From Alphaproteobacteria bacterium (GTDB lineage: Bacteria; Planctomycetota; Phycisphaerae; UBA1845), in contig JANQQE010000007.1 in assembly GCA_028285105.1 (NCBI GenBank), positions 3,408-67,407 on the forward strand: a stretch of DNA of 64,000 bases, given 5' to 3'. Below the pieces are notes generated by a model. That model had not been told where the DNA came from and ran no database searches. It worked only from the letters and a program-made list of their open reading frames with translations. This document shows, piece after piece, positions 39,501 to 46,100 of this stretch; position 1 is the stretch's first letter; every line of letters begins with the position of its first letter. A program made the position numbers and the translations under genes.

Positions 39501-41860
39501 ACCGTCAGCGTCGCAGAAATGATTTCAGCATTGGAGGGGATCTGCCCGCCGTTGCTGCCGAACATATCATCGAAGCGCATCAGAATGTGCCGCTCCGGAC
39601 TGAGATCGACGACCAGCGTCGAGTTGTTCGCATTGTTGGTGTCAGCATTGCCACTGTCGAGAAATGTATCGACATTCGAACTGTAACCATTCTGCCCTTG
39701 CTGGAAAGTCGCAACTTCCGGAACAATGTTCGACTCGAACAACTCGAAGCAGGCGTTGTCCGCGTTCGCACCTCCTGCCGTGTGGTTTTTGAACGCGGGC
39801 CAAATCGGATTTGCAAAGTACGCAACGTCGGGAGCATCTGCCCCCAGCGCGCTCGTATCGGCAATGGTTCCTGAAAGAACAGGTGAACCTGGAATTGGAT
39901 CGCCCGAAGCGTCCAGTTCGGTGAGCGAAGCATCTACCCGCGCTGACGTATCAGTAAGTCGAGTGAACTCTGCCCGCAATCGATAGAACGTATTCGGATT
40001 GAGATTACCGACAACACTATCGATGAATGGTCGTTTGTTTTCGTCAACGTTGATGACGCCATCCCAATAACCTTCCAACCGCGTGCTGCCTGGCGGATCG
40101 CCATCGTCGCCACCACCCGACGGGTCGACCTGAACGCCGAAAATAAGATCGGAGTTGACGCTCGAATCGGATATCATCCATCCGGCGCGATCGTCGTCGA
40201 GCAAGCCAGTGGCGTCGGTTTGCAGGTCGAGTTGAACGACAACGCCTGCCAAACTCTTTGACGTCCAATCGAACGGGTTTGCTGTCCATACGAAAATGTT
40301 GGGCGATGGGGCAAGTCCCACGGAACCAGCCACACCGGCACCGGCCGTCACCACCGGTCCGCCACCGTCATCGAACCAGTCGGCGTTATCACCGATTGGC
40401 TGGCCAAGGGTGAAGCCCGCTTCAAAGTCTTCGCATACGCCTTTGACGATTGAAAATGTGTCGGTTTCCGTCTGATCGTCGCGGATGTTTCGCAACGTGA
40501 GCGTGTTGCCGTGTACAGTCAGAAGGCACGAACCGAAATCAACATCGTTCGACACCATGATCGGGTGCGTGCCCGATGACCCGACTGATCGTCCACCATG
40601 CCCGGCAACGACGTACACCGCACCGTCATTGGCATTAAGTCCCGACTGTTTCGAATACGCACCGTCGTTGCTCGGATCGCCATCGCCGGAATCGAGAATG
40701 TTCCCATTCGCATCCAGCGTTGCAAAACCCGGTGTGGCGAAGTTGGGGTTGCTTCCGTATCCGTAGACTCCATTGACCAGGTACGATCGTTCGTACTTGT
40801 GGGAGTGACCACCCATCACAAGATCGACCCCGCCGGCTTCCAGAATGGGAATGAACACTTCACGCATGTCCACCAGTCTTCCGCCGGAATCGCCGGAGTT
40901 GTCCGAGTCGTGTGTCCCTTTGCTGTACGGAGGATGATGCCAATAGGCGATGACCCATTCCTGAGTGGTACCGGCTAAGTCTGCAATGAGCCACTGCGCC
41001 ATCGGTCCGGTCGGTGAGCGATCGCCCTGATGCGAGTTTAGAACCACAAAGTGAACATTCGCGTAATCGAATGAATAGTATGACTCCGTTCCGGAAGGCT
41101 CGCCGCCTGCTTCACCGGCAGCCGGGAGAATGTGGGCTTCGTAATATGGACCCGTTGTCGCGCCGGGTGCACATGGCAATGGCCAGCAACCGCCCGAAAC
41201 CGTATTGACCCCTTCGTGGTTTCCAAGCGTTGGGTAACAAACCGTGTGACGCAAGATGTCTTCATACGGTCCGAAATGATTGTTCGTAAATTCCGAATCG
41301 GTTCCGTTGTTGTAGGCAATGTCGCCCATATGAAGGAAAATGTCTGGAGGCGTCGAACCGGTTACGGCCAGCATTGCATCGCGCACCGCCAACTGATCGG
41401 CGCTGTTTTCACCGCTGTCGCCGACAATCCATGCGGTGAAGTTGGCCCCGACTCCGGTGGTCGGTGCAGTCACGAAATAATGCTCCGAAGTACCGCCGCC
41501 TTCCACACCGCCGCTGGTCGTACCGACGTTGTAGAAGTACTGCGTGCCAGCCGTTAAACCAGTGATGGTCACGATATGATCGCGGACGTTTGCATTGGAA
41601 GATGGAATGATCGACGACGCCGTGGCTTCCTGATCGAGAACGCCTTCCGACACACCATACTGAACGCGGCTGTCGGTCGGAGATGCCAGATCCGTTCGCC
41701 AGACAACCGTAATGCTATCGGGTGTAACCAATTGCAGATACGGTTCGCGTACGATCGCGGCTTGTGCCGAGTCGACTTGGAACACCGCGATCATTGCAGC
41801 AGCAAGCAACGAATGCGTCAGTACAAATTGCAAAACATCTCTTCCGGGACGAATGTCCAT
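36221..41860 (-). CDS. Giant secreted modular protein (1879 aa): purple-acid-phosphatase-type metallophosphoesterase, lectin-like beta-sandwiches, Cys-rich linkers, C-terminal TSP3/dockerin-like module
   Basis: Signal-like N-terminus. The PAP N-domain reads REPYLQLVTPDSITVVWRT. The MPE motifs are GDSGEN, HMGDIAYNNG, LGNHEG, YWHHPPYS and GGHSHKYERS. Two DNRLRE-like beta-sandwich modules follow (...HILMRFDD...YRMLQPWND..., ...GLLRFDN...), with repeated CxDxxxCTxDxC linkers. The C-terminus reads DCDGDGVCDFDDNCPTVPNPGQD...DFDNDGDVDLLDF...DIDTDGDVDLDDF. Confidence 0.9.
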   Translation of the reverse strand: MDIRPGRDVLQFVLTHSLLAAAMIAVFQVDSAQAAIVREPYLQLVTPDSITVVWRTDLASPTDSRVQYGVSEGVLDQEATASSIIPSSNANVRDHIVTITGLTAGTQYFYNVGTTSGGVEGGGTSEHYFVTAPTTGVGANFTAWIVGDSGENSADQLAVRDAMLAVTGSTPPDIFLHMGDIAYNNGTDSEFTNNHFGPYEDILRHTVCYPTLGNHEGVNTVSGGCWPLPCAPGATTGPYYEAHILPAAGEAGGEPSGTESYYSFDYANVHFVVLNSHQGDRSPTGPMAQWLIADLAGTTQEWVIAYWHHPPYSKGTHDSDNSGDSGGRLVDMREVFIPILEAGGVDLVMGGHSHKYERSYLVNGVYGYGSNPNFATPGFATLDANGNILDSGDGDPSNDGAYSKQSGLNANDGAVYVVAGHGGRSVGSSGTHPIMVSNDVDFGSCLLTVHGNTLTLRNIRDDQTETDTFSIVKGVCEDFEAGFTLGQPIGDNADWFDDGGGPVVTAGAGVAGSVGLAPSPNIFVWTANPFDWTSKSLAGVVVQLDLQTDATGLLDDDRAGWMISDSSVNSDLIFGVQVDPSGGGDDGDPPGSTRLEGYWDGVINVDENKRPFIDSVVGNLNPNTFYRLRAEFTRLTDTSARVDASLTELDASGDPIPGSPVLSGTIADTSALGADAPDVAYFANPIWPAFKNHTAGGANADNACFELFESNIVPEVATFQQGQNGYSSNVDTFLDSGNADTNNANNSTLVVDLSPERHILMRFDDMFGSNGGQIPSNAEIISATLTVEITNSSPSVGAGLYRMLQPWNDTDTWNIWGGGVQNDGVEAETVADTSGESGVGPYELDVTTSVEAWLADPSSNYGWAWLPPGADNSWQMDSAEGTTPPELRIVYQVVCGDDSDCDDGDPCTTDSCTAGTCSNEPVECGAGEVCLETTGACTLTSTIAFQEGTDSYAGTQDTLLQVAVPGNVNGALEEWEWDDDDPSGGIVQPNFGLLRFDNIIGAGPDLIPPSSQIVSATIQYTVFDPGVTASIREMLVDWSEADSLTTICGESCDEATEYSVAEVGSANAPVGTQSADVTASLQAWVDNPAGNFGWFFLPPPGGGAGGGAQIRSSEYVATPSERPRLEVVFVAGCDTSADCNDGNDCTDDLCNTSGFCEYTNNTDSCDDGDLCTESDTCSGGTCAGTPVNCGAQVCNPADGACVDCLADADCDNNDVCDGLETCGANTCILGLAPDCDDAVACTDDSCDPIDGCMNVDNCPSGDVCNLGTGFCEAGPLFTAYNDMNPAAGDLNDTNVTEHDYNTVGGILVDYNTGTPTAVTITGSFVGGLDDNHESNGGQPIGGTDAGDTFGPDGAVIVDMQNTIELDDPSWDNIITLDNLDSTKRYTVTVSANRDNPAYDGLRFSRVTIEGADSFANDSSAGVVVNSADSVSFSSGNNTDNGYVARWTNVVASDGSFSIKSEWDDSLGSGPDNTKGYAMTALKLEEFANTCGVAAECDDGLFCNGVEDCVGGICEAGTPPCGAGAEVCNEDTDTCAVLCDLDLLDENFNSYSVGQDPTDWFDTIADSATVGNDALFGVQQVGGDLVFATDAADVNIHSHYVGAGAENFTSMTYIGRMRLTNDNGGIGVTFLSGFADSPTPAFDYHRLRRANFAPSARTFQLEPPNANGLTGDLDSGVDPIVDTWYRFRIVVDAEGPQVRIQANVWQDGQSEPGGFQIDATDTGGLNRTVGTVGVWSMLDGSKYWDDLKVVNGIPDLPCDDGDACTTNDMCSNGICIGTLEDCDGDGVCDFDDNCPTVPNPGQDPAACNGPFDFDNDGDVDLLDFAVVHDCLGGPGELTPPGGCDPGDFSAADIDTDGDVDLDDFRAFQSAFTDEIVSPCD
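38468..39715 (-). repeat. Double beta-sandwich (DNRLRE-like) cassette with Cys-rich linker, copy 1 (paralogous to 45225-46540)
   Basis: The module order and motifs match the second giant. A 29-nt identical run, gtatcggtgtcattccacggctgcaacat, occurs at 39426-39454 and 46245-46273. Confidence 0.8.
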
Positions 41861-41898
41861 GACGATTCCCTTCCTTCTGATTTTCGACTTGCCGAACG

Positions 41899-42822
41899 TT
41901 ATCTGTTCGATTGATTCAGCTTTTTCAATAATTCGTTGGCCATCGGATAGCGCGGTGACTTCTTACTTGCCAGTTCCAAATCCCGACGGGCTTTGGATTG
42001 CTCATTCAACGCCAAAAAAACTTCTGCTCGTTGCACGAGTTGAATCGCGGTAACACGTCGTTCCAGCACGCGGTTGGTCTCATCCAATGCCGTCAAGCGT
42101 TCTCGACGTGCGTCGGTATCTTGCCCTGCCGATTCAAGAACGACGGCACGTTGCAATCTCCAGGGAACTTTGGAATGGGTACCGGCCATCGCTTGATCTA
42201 TGATTTCCAACGCGCTGCTGTGATTGCCGCGCGACATCTCGACCCGCACCATTGCCCGTTGCAAGGAACGGATCGGACCAAACAGATTTAGCGCTTCCCG
42301 ATAACCTTCAGCCGCGTCGTCCCATCGACTAAGGGATTCCTGCCATTCGCCACGTTGCAGATAGACCTCGATGTCTTGAGACAGTGCGTCTTGAGACAGT
42401 GCAAGCGACGACGACAAATCGGCGATCGCAAGCTCTACGCGACCGGCTGCATGGCGAATCCGTGCGCGTTCTACATATGCGGTTGCAGTTCCGGATGTGT
42501 TCTCGAGGAAGCGAGTTAATTCCGATTCCGCCTCTATGTTCTTGCCCATCCGTGCAAGCGTCAAACCGCGATGTGCGACAATGTCCCAAGTGTCCGGCGA
42601 CAGTCGCTCCGCCTCATTCAGATCTTTCAACGCTTCTTCAAATTCGCCAGCCAACCGCCGATGATGCGCTCTTTCGATCCAAAGGCCGGCGCGCTGCGGC
42701 TCGGCTTCGATGAGTTTGCTGACGCGCTCGATGTCATGGTGCGCGCCAGGATGAGCGCAAACCGGATGCGGCAGCCAACAAGCCAGCAAACCTAAAATAC
42801 CAATCCGCAAGCGCAGACCCAT
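41899..42822 (-). CDS. Secreted TPR-repeat protein
   Basis: Signal MGLRLRIGILGLLACWLPHPVCA, then helical repeat pairs throughout (AGEFEEALKDLNEAERLSP..., WDDAAEGYREALNL...). It sits 16 nt after the 2000-aa gene and 38 nt before the 1879-aa gene. Confidence 0.75.
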   Translation of the reverse strand: MGLRLRIGILGLLACWLPHPVCAHPGAHHDIERVSKLIEAEPQRAGLWIERAHHRRLAGEFEEALKDLNEAERLSPDTWDIVAHRGLTLARMGKNIEAESELTRFLENTSGTATAYVERARIRHAAGRVELAIADLSSSLALSQDALSQDIEVYLQRGEWQESLSRWDDAAEGYREALNLFGPIRSLQRAMVRVEMSRGNHSSALEIIDQAMAGTHSKVPWRLQRAVVLESAGQDTDARRERLTALDETNRVLERRVTAIQLVQRAEVFLALNEQSKARRDLELASKKSPRYPMANELLKKLNQSNR

Positions 42823-42838
42823 TCACAAACTCCGGAAA

Positions 42839-43185
42839 CTACTCACATGGCGAAACGATCATTCCGGTGAATTCCAATTGCAGCAACGCGAAATCGTCCA
42901 GATCGACATCGCCGTCCGAATCCTGATCCGCATCGGCGAAGTCGCCCGGGCTACATCCACCCGGTGGCGTCAATTCATCAGGTCCGTCAAGACACGCCGC
43001 GACGATTGCAAAGTCATCCAGATCGACATCGCCGTCGTTGTCGAAGTCGAACGGCCCATTGCAGGCTGCCGGGTCCTGCCCCGCATTCACAACCGTCGGG
43101 CAATTGTCGTCTGCATCGCAAACGCCATCGCCGTCGCAGTCTTCAAACGTACCCGCGCATACGCCATTTGTACATGCGTCGCTGA
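42839..43185 (-). repeat. C-terminal TSP3-like plus double dockerin/EF-hand-like module, copy 2
   Basis: DCDGDGVCDADDNCPTVVNAGQDPAACNGPFDFDNDGDVDLDDFAIVAACLDGPDELTPPGGCSPGDFADADQDSDGDVDLDDFALLQLEFTGMIVSPCE aligns residue for residue with the end of the 1879-aa protein. Confidence 0.85.
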
Positions 43186-46100
43186 CGGTGCAGGCGTCGA
43201 GATCGTCGCACGCACCGCCCTCGTTGACCGGGGCGACCTCGCACATGCCGTCGCCCGGATTGCAGACCCCGACATTACACGTATCGTCTAGATGTGAGCA
43301 ATCGACCGGTTCATTTTCGCAAACGGCGTTGCTGCAAATGTCGATCGTACACAGATTTGCATCGTCGCAATCTGCGGCTTCGTCGCAGCAACCCGGGATC
43401 GGATCGTTCACGCAATCGTTGAATCCGATAAGGAGTCCGTTGCTGGTGACATAGGTCGCACCGTCAATGGTTCCGTCGTTGGCGTTGCCGGCTGAGTCGG
43501 TTGCAGTAACGCCCGACGTTTCGTTCAAGCCCCAACGACCGATAAGGCCCGGAGCGCTGTCGATTTCGATACTCATCGTCGATTGAATCGCCGCTTCCGT
43601 TCGGGCGTAGTTCCAAACGCGAACTTCGTCCATCAGTCCCTCGAACCTTCCGGATGACGCACCGGTCGAGGTCTGCGCGGTTCCCAGCGAGAAGTGCTGA
43701 ATGCTGTCGAAGCGCGGTGTTCGATTGACCGTGTTCGATCCGTCGAGGACGCCATTAAGGTACAGCCGCCACGTTGCACCATCATACGTCGCCGCGACGT
43801 GATACCAGACATCAAGCGTGGAGATCGGCGTGGTTCCGCTCACCGGGAAGTTGTTCGGTGACGGATCAACCGATTCAAAATCGGCAACCAGCACATCGCT
43901 CGAACCGTCGATGCCCATGAAGTAGTTCGCATCGCGGTTGTTACCGTCGGCTTCCCCGCGCCCCTTGGCGACCAACGGAACCGCCACCACACCTCCGCCA
44001 CCGGTGCTGGCCGTGGCACCGGCACCGGTCGGTTTGATCCAGGCTTCGAGCGTGAACTGAGATGCACCCAGTTGCGGCGCTTGTCCCATCGTCACTTCGT
44101 CGTCACTGCCGTCGAACGACAGCGCTGAGATGCTTGCCGGTACACATTCGTCGGTCGTACACGAATTGCCATCGTCGCATTCCAATCCGCTTGTGCAACA
44201 GTCGGCGATCGGCGAGTTCTCGCAAACGCCGCCGCCGAAGTCCACGATGTTCGCAGTTTCCCAGCTTGCGCCGCTGATCGTGCCAGCCGTTCCGGTCAAC
44301 GTCGAATCGAATGCGTAGTCACCGGCTCCTTCGTTCAATCCCCAGCGACCGATCAAACCATTGCTAGATACGATCTGACGACCCATGCCGTCGGCAATCT
44401 CTGCCGGCGTGCGTGCATGATCCCAGACGCGCACTTCATCCAGCGTACCTTCCAATCGACCGTCTGCCGACCCGGAAGAATTCTGCGCGGTGCCCAGCGC
44501 AAAGTGTTGAATGCTAATAAAGTTCGGCGGTTCGTTCGGACAGTTGACCGCCGCATTGTCATCGACACCGTCGAGATAAATCTGCCAGCAGCTACCGTCG
44601 TAAGTGACTGCAGCATGGTGCCAGTCTGTGTCACCGATCGCCGTGTCGGCGATGACCGGATGGTTCTGCCCCGGCGTGGTTCCGGACGAGTGTTCTTCAA
44701 AGTCGGCTGCCAGCGTTCCATTGGCTGCATGGATTCCCAGGAAGTAGTTCATATCGCGGTTGTCGCCCTCGGCTTCGCCGCGCCCCTTGGTCACCAGCGG
44801 AATCGCCACATCACCACCCGTCAGCCCGCCGTTTCCGGTGCTGACCGTATCGCCCGCACCCGTCTGACGGAACCAGCACTCGACCGTAAACGTCGCCGTC
44901 GAAAGATCGGTGGCCGGCCCCATCGTGACTTGATCGTTCACGCCGTCGAACGTCAATGCAGCCGCATTGCCCGGGTTGCATCGATCGATCGTACACGCGG
45001 TACCGTCGTCGCAATCGTCATCGCTGGCGCAGCAATCCGGAATCGGTGTGAACACGCACTGCTCAAGCTCGCATGTATCCGTCGTACACGGTTCAGCGTC
45101 GTCGCAATCGCCGGCATCGATGCAGCAATTCGGTATCGGATCATTTGTACACACACCGTTGTTGCAAACGTCATCCGTGCAATCGTCCAGATCATCGCAT
45201 TCGCTGCTGTCGCCGCAAGTGATCGGCAGGTACTCGACCGTCAGCTTGGGGCGCTCGGATTGCGTTGTCCATTCACTTGAACGGATGCCAACACCGCCAG
45301 ATGCCGTTGCGAGGAATACCCAGCCTCTGTTCGAACCCGGGTCTGCCGACCAACCCTGGAGACTGCTGGTAACGTCAAGGTCGTGCGTCGCAATGGACCC
45401 CGGAACCGTACCCAAACTCGTGTTGTTGTACTCGTCGGCTTGAACATCCGGCTCGCCGCCGAACGTGTTGAACGTCACAGATTCGACCCAATCGACGAGA
45501 ACTTCATGCAAATTGCCCGGGTCGCCTGCATCATGAATCGTAATGGTGACCGTGGCAGACGTAATCGTTGCACCATCAGGAATCAGCCCCCCGTTCGACA
45601 CGAAGATTTCTTCAAATCGCAACAGACCGATGTTCGGACCGCCGCCACTGCTGGTATCGAAACGGAACTGGGTGGATTCGCTGGCGTCAGTATTCGGTGT
45701 TGCGCCGCGAATCTCCGTATCCACCGTTCCTTCGTAGACGCCGGTCTCTTCCTGGAACATGACCATCACCGGAGTCACGCATTGACCGATGTTCGGATCG
45801 CAAACATCATCGCCCGTGCAACTGATTGGCGTACCGCCGCAGGTACCCGCTGCACACGCATCGCCCGTCGTGCATGCGTCACCATCATCGCATGGGTCTG
45901 TGTTGGGCGTATTGTCGCATTGCCCCGCGTTGCATGAATCATCTGTACATGGGTTACTGTCATCGCAATCCAAGCCACTTGTGCATGCCATCGGAAGGTA
46001 CGTCACTTCGAGCAACGGTCGATTGGACACCGTCGCTGCTTCAGCCGAATCGAATTGCCACGAGTTGTCCTGCGCTGGTGGCAGCCATGCCCACCCAAGA

